Positions 45,384 through 57,276 of a stretch of DNA of 64,000 nt are shown in pieces. The position numbers and the translations under genes are program-made. The stretch lies in the NCBI GenBank assembly GCA_964016885.1, contig CAXHJY010001108.1:62001-126000 (forward strand). The letters run 5' to 3'. This DNA is from Eledone cirrhosa (lineage: Eukaryota). The first letter of the stretch is position 1. The number at the start of each line of letters is the position of its first letter. The notes beneath the pieces were generated by a model. The model had not been told where the DNA came from, did not search any database, and worked only from the letters and a program-made list of their open reading frames with translations.

Positions 45384-47145
45384 ATATTTGTTTATTGAAA
45401 AAAACAAAGATTCAATACAATAGATCTGTTTGGGAACAGGTTTTGAATTGACCAATAGAGAGATAGTGAGGGTCAAGATAGTAATATAGTAGTAGAAGAA
45501 CCTTAAATTCTAGGTAGAGGAAGGTAGATTTCAGTTTTGGATGGAAAAGAATATTATGAATGAAGGAATATTTTAGGGAAGAAATAGGTCTTATGGTGAC
45601 CTCAGAAATAATTTATTTGTTCATTGAATAAAACCAACAAAGATCTAATATATTCTGTCTGTTTGGTAAGAGGTTTAGAATTAACCAATAGAAAGTTAAT
45701 AATTGGCCAAATGGTAAAATAGTAGTAATTGAAGCTTATTTTAGGGGTGAAAATAGGTCAGGTGGTCAGTAAAAGCTATACAAGCAGTTGCTGTTATAAA
45801 ATAGTAATGCCAATACACATATCTAAGGTGACTAAAGTTTTACGATAAGAATGTTAGTGAAAAAATACATCTATGAAAAGAATATAAATTAATTTAATTG
45901 ATGGGTATATTTATATTGATAAAATTATACTAATACATATAGATATGATAAATAAGAGTTAGATGCAGTTGAAAAGTGCTGATAAAGATGAAGGGAAATT
46001 AAAGGAATATAAAAATAATATAAATTTATATATATTTAGATATTTATATAAATTTATATATATAAATTCATATATATATTTTTATAAATTTATATATATA
46101 TATATAAAAATTTATATATATATATATATATATATAAATATGTATATATAAATATATATATATTTATAAATTTATATATATATATAAATTTATATATATA
46201 CATATATATATAAATTTATATATATATACATATATATATAAATTTATATATATATATACATATATATATAAATTTATATATATATATAAATTTATATATA
46301 TATAAACGGAAAAAATGAAACGAAATTTCATTTCCCACTCTTAGTACAGCTGTTAATTAAATATAAGTATGTACCCGTACATACAAATATGTATACAGAC
46401 GTACAGTAGTATGTATATATATATACATACGTGCACACATATATATATGTACGTATGGATTCACCAAACATTTATTATAATGCTCGGTGTGTTTGTAAAC
46501 AAACATCCCGTATTAAGCCGTACTGTCTAGCAACAATCGTTGCTCGTTTGTTCAACACTGACAAAGGAACGCTGTACTAGTTGCAAGCTTATTAGCTATC
46601 GTCAGCAACGTATACCTTCCTGCTAGATTGTTGAACGTATATACTTACATTATGCATATTAACGGCTGAGTAGCCCAATTTGCATATCGAGTGGGTTAAT
46701 TGGCCGGGTGCACTGAAAATGATAAACGGAAAAAATGAAACGAAATTTCATTCCCACTCTTAACACGGCTGTTACTTAAATATAAGTATGTACACGTACA
46801 TACACATATGTATGCATACGTACAGTAGTATGTATATATATATATACATACATGCACACATATAAATATGTACGTATGGATTCACCGAACATTTATTATA
46901 TATTTATTATATATACATACTACTGTACGTCTGTATACATATGTGTATGTACGTGTACATACTTATATTTAAGTAACAGCCGTACTAAGAGTGGGAAATG
47001 ATATTTCGTTTCATTTTTTCCGTTTATCGTTTTCGGTGCACCCGGCCGATAAACCCACTCGATATGCAAATTAGGCTGCTCAGCCGTTAATATGCATAAG
47101 GAAAGTATATACTTTAAGACGTTCAATCATCTGGCAGGAAGGTAT

Positions 47146-47188
47146 ACGTTGCTGACGATAGATAATAAGCTTGAAACTAGTACGGCGT
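47146..47188 (+). ncRNA. Hammerhead ribozyme, family B
   Basis: ACGTTG-CTGACGA-tagataataagctt-GAAAC TA GTA-CGGCGT. Confidence 0.8.
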
Positions 47189-47561
47189 TCCTTTGTCAGT
47201 GTTGAACAAACGAGCAACGATGGTTGCTAGGCACTACGGCTTAATACGGGTTGTTTGTTTACAATCACACCGAGCATTATAATAAATGTTCGGTGAATCC
47301 ATACGTACATATATATATCTGTAAATGTATGTATATATACATACTACTGTACGTCTGTATACATATGTGTATGTACGTGTACATACTTATATTTAAGTAA
47401 CAGCCGTGCTAAGAGTGGGAAATGAAATTTCGCTTCATTTTTTCCGTTTATCGTTTTCAGTACACCCGGCCGATTAACCCACTCGATATGCAAATTGGGC
47501 TACTCAGCCGTCAATATGCATAAGGTAAGTATATACGTTCAACAATCTGGCAGGAAGGTAT

Positions 47562-47604
47562 ACGTTGCTGACGATAGCTAATAAGCTTGAAACTAGTACA
47601 GCGT
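47562..47604 (+). ncRNA. Hammerhead ribozyme, family B
   Basis: ACGTTG-CTGACGA-tAGCT aata AGCTt-GAAAC TA GTA-CAGCGT. Confidence 0.87.
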
Positions 47605-48011
47605 TACTTTGTCAGTGTTGAACAAATGAGCAATGATGGTTGCTAGACACTACGGTTTAATACGGGATGTTTGTTTACAAACCCACCGAGCATTATAATA
47701 AATGTTCGGTGAATCCATACATACATATATATATATGTGTGCATGTATGTATATATATATACATACTACTGTACGTCTGTATACATATGTGTATGTACGT
47801 GTACATACTTATATATATATATATAAATTCATATATATATATATAAATTCATATATTGTTATACTTTGGGAGGGTCATGTTGCCAATAAGAAACACACGC
47901 ACCAGTTGCTTTCACTTCAATTTAATTTATTATATATTTATAAATTTACAAATTTATAAATTTCTGGTTGGTTGGTTGGTTCCACAACCAGATAGTTGTT
48001 TATATATATAT

Positions 48012-48056
48012 AGTCATAGTTCTTTCGTCACAGTTCTTGTGACCTCTTCAGTGACT
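48012..48056 (-). ncRNA. Hammerhead ribozyme, family C, inside the 47855-48160 fold-back
   Basis: AGTCA-CTGAAGA-g GTCACA agaac TGTGAC-GAAAG AA CTA-TGACT. Confidence 0.78.
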
Positions 48057-48265
48057 GGGGATTTCTTTCTTCGTTTCTGTGCCTTTCCTTTCTTCTATCC
48101 TACGCCATTTTGTTTGTGTGTCTTATTGGCAACATGACCCTCCCAAAGTATAACAATATCGGTTTCAACACACGATTTCAGATAAAGAATCTTGCTAAAC
48201 AAATTCAGAAACGAAATAAATTCATATATATATATATAAATTCATATATATATATATATATATAA

Positions 48266-48301
<36 letters not shown>

Positions 48302-48357
48302 TTATATATATATATATAAATTTATATATGTATATATAAATATATATATATATATAA

Positions 48358-48431
<74 letters not shown>

Positions 48432-48486
48432 TTATATATATATATGTGAGATGTGAGAAAACCACAGACCCTCCATCTCAACTCTA

Positions 48487-48521
48487 CTTTTGAAAAGCAG
48501 AAGAACTGCGAAACCGGTAAA
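48487..48521 (+). ncRNA. Family D hammerhead with U3-A8 core (unit 48445-48660)
   Basis: CTT-TTGAAAA-GCAG aagaa CTGC-GAAAC CG GTA-AA; stem I is weak. Confidence 0.55.
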
Positions 48522-48656
48522 TGAATCAAATAAATATATATATATTTTTTTAAAATAATACTCCAGTTGCATTTTCGATTTCATCTTTTTTTTCTTTATA
48601 CTTTCACTCGTGTAGGACACCTCGGTTATTTTTCATTTTGTAAAAAAAAACTTCAC

Positions 48657-48661
<5 letters not shown>

Positions 48662-48717
<56 letters not shown>

Positions 48718-48792
48718 TAAATTTATGTATATATATATATATAAATTTATATATATATATATATATAAATTTATATATATATATATATATAA

Positions 48793-48845
<53 letters not shown>

Positions 48846-49009
48846 TATATAAATTTATATATATATATATTTATATATATATATATATAAATTTATATAT
48901 ATATATATTTATATATATATATATAAATTTATATATACATATATTTATATATATATACATATATAAATTTATATATATATATATTTATATATATATATAT
49001 ATATAAATT

Positions 49010-49040
<31 letters not shown>

Positions 49041-49162
49041 ATAAATTTATATATATATATATATTTATATGTATATATATAAATTTATATATATATAAAT
49101 TCATATATATATATATATATATATATTTTTTTATGTATACATATAAATTTATATATATATAT

Positions 49163-49194
<32 letters not shown>

Positions 49195-49216
49195 ATATAT
49201 ATAAATTTATATATAT

Positions 49217-49248
<32 letters not shown>

Positions 49249-49261
49249 ATATATATAAATT

Positions 49262-49296
<35 letters not shown>

Positions 49297-49371
49297 GTAA
49301 ATATATATATATAAATTTATATATATATATTTATATATATATATAAATATTTATATATATATATATAAATT

Positions 49372-49402
<31 letters not shown>

Positions 49403-49413
49403 ATATATAAATT

Positions 49414-49446
<33 letters not shown>

Positions 49447-49538
49447 ATAAATTTATAAATATATATATATTTATATATATATAAATAAATTTATATATAT
49501 ATATATATTTATATGTATATATATAAATTTATATATAT

Positions 49539-49570
<32 letters not shown>

Positions 49571-49809
49571 ATATATATAAATTTATATATATATAAATAT
49601 ATATATATATATGTAAATATATATATATAAATTTATATATATATATTTATATATATATATAAATATTTATATATATATAAATTTATATATATATATATAT
49701 ATTATATATATATATATAAATTTATATATATATATATTTATACAAACAAATAACGAAACGAAATTAAACTTCTTTAACTTAATTATATATTTATATATAT
49801 ATGTATATT

Positions 49810-49842
<33 letters not shown>

Positions 49843-49863
49843 ATTTATATATATATGTATATT

Positions 49864-49894
<31 letters not shown>

Positions 49895-49913
49895 AAATTT
49901 ATATATATATATT

Positions 49914-49945
<32 letters not shown>

Positions 49946-50061
49946 TATATATATATATATATATTTCTATAAATTTATATATAAATTTATATATATATAA
50001 ATTTATATATATATATTTATATATATTTATATATATATATTTATATATATATATATAAATT

Positions 50062-50093
<32 letters not shown>

Positions 50094-50235
50094 TATATAT
50101 ATATATATTTATATATATATTTATATATATACACATTTATATATATATATTTATATATATACATATTTATATATATATATTTATATATATATATATATAT
50201 TAATATATATATATATATTTATATATATATATATT
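48662..50235. repeat. (TA)n tract punctuated by TAAATTTA/TTTA
   Basis: Direct reading. Confidence 0.95.
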
Positions 50236-50545
50236 TCGTACATAGTTTCCTCGTACATATCTTTCCTCTCGCTAATTTTCAAATTCTTTTAATTTATACA
50301 TTATCTTCCAACGGTTTTCAACCTCTCTATGTAAAACAATATATCTTCTCTCAGTTATAAAAACTATCTCTTTCTCTCTATCACCCATCTCTCCCTCTCA
50401 CCTCCTCCCCTTTTTCATCCCCCCCCCCTCTCTAAATAAAATATTTTTCCCAATATCACACATCAATCTAAAACCACTTTTCATATGTTGATTTAAAACT
50501 GCACTATCCACAAGTGTTTTTTAGCCTTCATATCATGTTCTCCTG

Positions 50546-50612
50546 TTTTATCTGATGAAAAAACAAATATTATTGCATGATGATGTTTGTTTTTGAAATG
50601 CGCATAATAAAA
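50546..50612 (+). ncRNA. Hammerhead ribozyme
   Basis: TTTTAT-CTGATGA-AAAAACAAATAT..ATGTTTGTTTTT-GAAAT GCGC ATA-ATAAAA; same stem I as 19180-19242. Confidence 0.82.
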
Positions 50613-50763
50613 TACATGGAACTCCTTTAACTATCTTTTGATCTTATATTATATATTTATATATATACATATATATTTATATATATATTTATATATATAT
50701 ATATTTATATATATATATATATTTATATATATACATATATATTTATATATATACATATATATT

Positions 50764-50795
<32 letters not shown>

Positions 50796-50913
50796 TATAT
50801 ATATACATATATATTTATATATATATATATATATATATACATATATATTTATACATATATATTTATATATATATACATATATATTTATACATATATATTT
50901 ATATATATATATT

Positions 50914-50950
<37 letters not shown>

Positions 50951-50977
50951 ATCTATATATATATATATTTATATATG

Positions 50978-51245
50978 ATATTAAACAAATGGAAACTATA
51001 TTTATAAAACCATATTTATTTCGTTATATATATTTCTGGGATATCATATTAAAAATATGGTATGCCTTCCTCAGACAAAATACAATACATAAGCTGTTTT
51101 ATAAATAATTTTGACATACCTGATAATAATGCAACTTCCATTTAAAAAGTTGATTTGGTAGTCTATTTTTAATATGATATCCCAAAAATATATATAACGA
51201 AATAAATATGGTTTTATAAATATAGTTTCCATTTGTTTTAATATC
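50978..51245. repeat. Fold-back with ~80-bp arms
   Basis: AAACAAATGGAAACTATATTTATAAAACCATATTTATTTCGTTATATATATTT.TGGGATATCATATTAAAAATA and its reverse complement. Confidence 0.92.
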
Positions 51246-51554
51246 GTAAACCTACTCCAGAAACTGTTGAGTGCTTTTATATCAGTTATAAAATATTTAC
51301 TCGTTGTAACCCAACAATTTTAAATAAAACTTTTGCATATATTTATATATATATATATATATATAAATATTTCATCTGTTGAGCGTACTGGACGTTTCTA
51401 TTAGGGTCTTCTAGTTTCCTGAAATCTTTCGTAATGGAATAATTATTTTGTGTTGTGTATTAATTAATTAAAAAGCTCTGTACTATACATAGAGCTCTCT
51501 TCTTTCCTTTACCTTTTCTATGGAAATACTTAACACACTCACACACACATATAC

Positions 51555-51589
<35 letters not shown>

Positions 51590-51650
51590 AGTGTGTGTGT
51601 GTGTGTTTGCAAATGAAAAAAGAGCGCTCTATGTATAAAACAGAACTATT

Positions 51651-51813
51651 TAATTAGAAAGTGAACAACACAATATATACCTACTCCATTACCAAAAGTT
51701 TCAGGACCCTAGACAGTACTAACATACGTCATCGATCCAGACGTATACTAATATTGTCTAGGTTCCTGAAACCTTTGGTAATGGAGTAGTTATATATTGT
51801 GTTGTTTACTTTC

Positions 51814-51819
<6 letters not shown>
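51651..51819. repeat. Fold-back with ~80-bp arms containing GAAAC CTTTG GTA
   Basis: Arms meet at ~51730-51740; related decayed hammerhead at ~51372-51438. Confidence 0.85.
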
Positions 51820-51852
<33 letters not shown>

Positions 51853-52088
51853 AAAGAGTGAAAAATAACGTGGTCGACTGTCAAATAAACCCTATTGTGC
51901 AGCCAACTCACGTTATTCTTTTACTATTATTACTCCAAGAACCGCCTGCCTAGTAGCTTTCTTACACTGGCCATCCGACTAAGGAAACTTCTTATTGAGT
52001 CAAACAACGCCGAACGTTAAAACTATCATTGAAACAGAGTACTCATAACCTCTACTTGGATTACCTTATACGGTATCTTGTTAACTTG

Positions 52089-52137
<49 letters not shown>

Positions 52138-52140
<3 letters not shown>

Positions 52141-52512
52141 TCATCATCAGGTCTAGCTTGCTCGGCTTTCTACGACACGCTCCCTCCATCCATCTCAGTC
52201 TCTCATAGCGTTTGCCAGTTCTTCCGCAGTGCATCCAGTATCGTCCTCAAGTTGCTTGACGTATGTCTTCTTGGGACGACCAGCGTTTCTTGCTCCATGA
52301 GATGGACTCCATAACAACACATCACCTGCTATTTCTTCCTTGCTGCGCCAACAGTGGCCAGCAAATCTGAGTCTCTGTCCATGTATTGACCTGCTGATAG
52401 GTGGTATATTGCCATAGAGATCCTTATTTGTTGGGTGTTCCGTCCAAGACACGTTTAAAGCAGCGCGAAGCATACGTGTGTATGCCTCGTCTAGCTTTTT
52501 CTCCAGTTTCTA
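52138..52512 (-). pseudogene. RTE-clade LINE 3' end with (TGA)n tail
   Basis: LEKKLDEAYTRMLRAALNVSW..RLRFAGHCWR..LLWSP..GRPKKTYVKQLEDDTG; TCATCATCATCA tail adjacent to (TA)n. Confidence 0.85.
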
Positions 52513-52660
52513 CGTTATATTAGAAAATGGGGTTCTTTTACAAAATGAAAATTAACCGAGGTGTCCTACACGAGTGAAAGTATAGAGAAAAAAAGATGAA
52601 ATCTAAAATGCAACTGGAGTCAGTCTTATTTAAAAATATATATATATATTTAATTGGTTC

Positions 52661-52696
52661 CTTTACCGGTTTCACAGTTCTTCTGCTTTTCAAAAG
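52661..52696 (-). ncRNA. Family D hammerhead with U3-A8 core (unit 52520-52730)
   Basis: CTT-TTGAAAA-GCAG aagaa CTGT-GAAAC CG GTA-AAG. Confidence 0.58.
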
Positions 52697-52730
52697 TATA
52701 GTTGAGATGGAGGGTCTGTGGTTTTTCTCT

Positions 52731-52759
<29 letters not shown>

Positions 52760-52761
<2 letters not shown>

Positions 52762-52910
52762 TAGGATTGGTGCTCTGAAATAGCGATGTATACATGAATA
52801 TATGTATAGTATATTTGGCAATATACCGTATGTTTAATTAAAAACATTTTGAAGACCATACGCTATCGGTTTTAAAGTAGTGACTACGTCACTTACTGCT
52901 TTTCGGCGAA
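52760..52910 (-). mobile_element. Family A unit, terminal fragment
   Basis: ATTAGGATTGGTGCTCTGAAATAGCGATGTATAC.. matches the ends of the other family A copies. Confidence 0.8.
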
Positions 52911-53015
52911 GTGGTTTATATATATATTGCTCTACGGTTCATATATATTTGATATATATTTTCCTTATCGAGCCCTCTTTGGATTTTAGTCTTCAATTTT
53001 ATTATTATTACTATA

Positions 53016-53084
<69 letters not shown>

Positions 53085-53267
53085 TCGTCTCATGTTGACA
53101 GTTGTGAGTGAGTACTCAATACTGAAGTAGGGTTTAACAATATTCTTTATTATGGCTAAGTTATGTCTAGTCATCCTGTAAGTACACAGGCGAAGCTTAT
53201 TTCTGTGTAACTCATAAATTATGCCTAATAAAGACTACTATGTATCTCTCTCTCTCGCTTTCTTCCT

Positions 53268-53311
<44 letters not shown>

Positions 53312-55402
53312 ATATATATATATGTGTGTGTGTTATACACGAATGAACGTTAAAACGGAATTTCGTTACTGTATAATTAAATTTATTTTTCTTATGTGCA
53401 TTTTCCCCATGCTGGCGCGTATTTGATGCGTAATCGTAACTTAGGCAGAAAAATTATAAAATTGTTGCTATGGTTAACTGCGAGATACACGTCCATTTGA
53501 CGGGTAGATGGCTTGATTTAATAAGAAAAAAATTTTTCATTAACATACAACAGCCATCTACCCGATAAAGATGTTTCTAAACGTTCTATACACATTATTG
53601 CTGTGCCTTACTCCCATTCTCCCATCTCAGCGTAAACACTTTCTTATGAATTCTTCGCCAGAATACAGACTACTGAAATCGAAAATAATAAGTGTTTTAA
53701 GGCCAATTTCCCCTACTTAAGATTTGCTGGCCTGATGACATGTTTAAACTCATTATGAAGTCCTCTTTCAGATAATTGTCTTACAGACGAGGGCTCTTCC
53801 AAACCCAGTTTGTCGCCTCTTATGAAACAATATAGACACAGAAAGCGGATTCAACTTCCTAGTACGTGCTTTTATTTACCCGAGCCATAGATATTTCACT
53901 TCATCATACACAGTATTTTATTTTTTATTTTGTCTAAAATAGACATGAACACACTTCATATTTTACTCCGAGTAATCAGTAAAAACAATGTACTTCAAGT
54001 ACTAATTTGTCAAATCTACATTATCTACCATTTTGTTGATCTGTCAACCAATCTAGTTATATAACCTATATGCACCCCCCCCCCACACACACACAAACTC
54101 ACACTCACACTCACACACATTATCGATGCATGCACGCACATAATACAGAATACAAATTAGAGGCAGTTAGGAGAAATCGATGACGATTTCATAGCATGTG
54201 ATCAAATCTCAGCCTCTCTAGTTTATATAATTTATGGGAAAAGAAGAAGAAGAAAATTTTGAAGAAGTTTAAATTCTCAAAGTTTCTCACGTTTCATTGT
54301 TTCCTTAGTTGTTGAATTTGTTCTCAGCTGAAAACCAAGTCAATATATTCTAATAAAGAATGGGATGGACAGAATGTATCACACTATACTACAAGAGTTT
54401 CTTTGATATGCAAAAACTAATTCAAGACAGAAAAAAACAAAACAAAAGAAAATGAGAGAAAAAAAAATCTATCAGGAATATTTTGCTACTCATTTGCATA
54501 CATGATATATGGTGAATAATTTCGATGCGTGTGAAGAATGCCTTATAAAAAATGAATACATAAACAAACAGATAAATAGATACATTTAATGAGATTGTCA
54601 TTTGATGAAATACATTAAAAACAGGTATTTCGTTTGAAAGACATTAACTTAAAAGATATTATAAACTTTATTCGTTGTTAAAGAAGATAATAGAGTCGTT
54701 GTTTACATTAAAAGAAGCAATACAGGTATTGAAAATACATATGTAAAGCAAGAAAAAAAGCTATTTAAATTTCCAATTTAAAGTAGTGACAAAAACTATT
54801 TAGTCACTACAAATACAGAACAACTTAAAATTTCTTTCATACATTCCATTCGTTTTTACAGTATCTGTTGTTCCCTTTCAAATATTCTGTGATGAATACT
54901 TGATTGAAAAAAAAAAAAATTAAACCATGCTTAATGATTGGGAATATATTCAGTGTTGCGGAAATGGACATTATTATGAAACATTTATTCTTTCATTATA
55001 TAACTATGTTTTTACAGACAAAAACTTCATGATAAGGACAGAAGTCAGAAAGTCACTGAAAACTTCTGGGGGCTTGCTAAAGATTTTGGCTTAGTGATCT
55101 CTAGTGATCTCTATATATATATTATATTTTAATGACAAAAAGTTATTTATTCATTTATCTATTTTATTTATTTATGATTATTATTGTTTTTGCTTTTGTT
55201 TTGTTCGTGTTACAATATTTTTTAAAGGAAACTGGCTGATACTTTGAAACATCAGATGATCTCACTCGAATTTAAAAAAAAAACAACAGCAAAAAATAAC
55301 AAAACAAGAAACCAACAAACAAACAATAAATTCTAGTCAAACAGTAGCTTTAAAATTTCAGAAAGCAAGAAGCAAGGGGTCAGTGAATTAATTCCGTTGT
55401 CA

Positions 55403-55436
55403 CAAGCTATGCTAGATTATAATCTAGCATAGCTTG
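55403..55436. repeat. Perfect 34-bp palindrome
   Basis: CAAGCTATGCTAGATTA|TAATCTAGCATAGCTTG. Confidence 0.95.
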
Positions 55437-55519
55437 AATTACTGATGAAAATCGCAAGGTAAAACGAAATGAAATAATTCGCGCTGCCGCACATACACAT
55501 ACATACATTCATACATACA

Positions 55520-55892
55520 TGATGATGGCAGCCCCCCCCCCCCCCTCGTTATCGAGTATAGCCATTTCACGATGGACCATTATTAATAATTATTAATTAA
55601 TTCTATCGTGCAATGCCTGTGCGTGAAGATATTTTTTGAAGTGAAGAAAGACTGTGCACTGAGCCAATCCCACTCTCTGAACGACAGCAGCTATAACCCC
55701 AAAAGAAGAAAAGATCAACATCATCGGTAACTACTGAGCCGCAGGTTTTATATCGAAGTTATCCCAGTTTCCTGTGTATATATATGCGCGGGGACATAGA
55801 AATAATCGGGCTGGATACCAGATCGCGTGGTTAAACCACTGGGAGTGAAGGACCCCTAGCCTTTGCCAGGGCATTCTTCTAGAAGAAGGCAA
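55520..55892 (-). mobile_element. Family G repeat with inverted terminal piece
   Basis: Matches 20200-20440; CAGGGCATTCTTCTAG..GAAGGCAAC matches 14665-14695. Confidence 0.75.
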
Positions 55893-56882
55893 CATACATA
55901 CATACATACATACATACATACATACGTACATATGATGCATTTAAGTTTCGTGGAGCGGTAGTAGTCGATATATGTTTAGGTGCAGTGTAGATATATAGTT
56001 TGAGCTGAATGAGCCTGTGAACTAAGCAAACTGGACAGGGCCCTCCGTTGCGATTTTACCATTTCCCCCCCTCTCTATTTCAATGCGTGTGTGTATATAT
56101 GTGTGTGACTGTATTTGTGTGTGTTCCCTTGCTGGTTACGTGATGATTAACGCACTTATGATCCTTGTGAGCAGAGATAAGCAATAGTATCCAGAAGACA
56201 TCTGCTTTGATGTCGCTTTTGTGTAATCGGTAGCGTAGTCATGCGGTCAGAATTAAAAATTATTTTACTCCCGCAGCCAGTTCTCTTCATTTCACTAGCC
56301 TTCCTCCCACAACCTGCCACGCCATCATTAAAGAACTGGTATATCACAGAGTCTCATACGCCAGCAATCTCTCTTTGGAGTAATACGATAGAAAGCGTGT
56401 TTGTGGGAAAGAAGAGGATTCCAAGTTAAAACATTGTCTAGCCTTCCGTATCATCACCTAACTATATTTTCTTCCATGGCGACTCACCGCAGTGGTCTCT
56501 ATATGGTGACTTTCTGCTAGAATTAGATGACAAATCTCCATCAAACCACAACTTATAATCTTTAATAAATCATATAGTTAGCCTTGTAGTTGCGGAAATA
56601 CAATGTAATGTCACGGTTACGACTAAAATGACTTCATATTTTTGCCTGATTTCAGATAATCAAGCACTTAGTTTGCATCACGCAAACGAAAGGTCCTTTC
56701 AAGATCCCTTAACCTTCATTCCACAGTCAAAATTTTCTCAAATAAGGTCCTAGCGTCCTAAACGAAAATATTTGTCTATATAGTCTAATTTATACCATAA
56801 TGGCGTGATATTATATTCGGCACATAAAATAGTAAAACCGTCCGATGGTGTTTCTCTATAGTACACACACACACGCGCACAC

Positions 56883-56952
<70 letters not shown>

Positions 56953-57248
56953 TCTCGTAAACTTACATATACACACACATATCCTCTTAGCTTCGCACGG
57001 ACGACTAACATGCACACACACACACACGCCTACTCGCACGCACATACGTACGATTTATTTTCCTTTTCAACTAGGTGCGTTCGATCCCCATCTTTTCAAA
57101 CAAATTCATCATACGCAACAACGACAGCATCAACAGTTTTACAAGAGATAGCGACGTGATTAGACCTGTTTTTTCTTTAGAAATTATTTTTCGTTACTGC
57201 CAGTCACCTCTATCTTTCTATTTCTTCTATAATTTCTCATTCTAGTTT

Positions 57249-57276
57249 CCGATAAAGGACTAGCATCCGAAACGTT
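57249..57276 (+). ncRNA. Decayed hammerhead of the 2834 family
   Basis: CCGATAA-aGGActagcaTCC-GAAACGTT. Confidence 0.45.

Larger units (their letters stand above)
46305..47810. mobile_element. Family B array: ~1.4 inverted plus ~2.1 direct ~416-420-bp ORF-less units, one hammerhead per unit (retrozyme / PLE terminal-repeat-like)
   Basis: Minus block 46305-46900 (period ~420), plus block 46910-47810 (period 416); ribozymes at 46569-46611 (minus, GCAA mutant), 47146-47188 and 47562-47604. Confidence 0.88.

Noticed and set aside
35774-48160. TIR MITEs at 35774-36050 and 47855-48160
   Set aside because: Arm lengths and interiors differ, there is no TSD, and the interior holds a hammerhead; better explained as PLE-type inversions
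56156-56430. Possible exon or MULE/FAR1-like zinc-finger remnant (RKASEMKRTGCGSKIIF)
   Set aside because: Stops in all frames and only a vague motif resemblance; unsupported without a search
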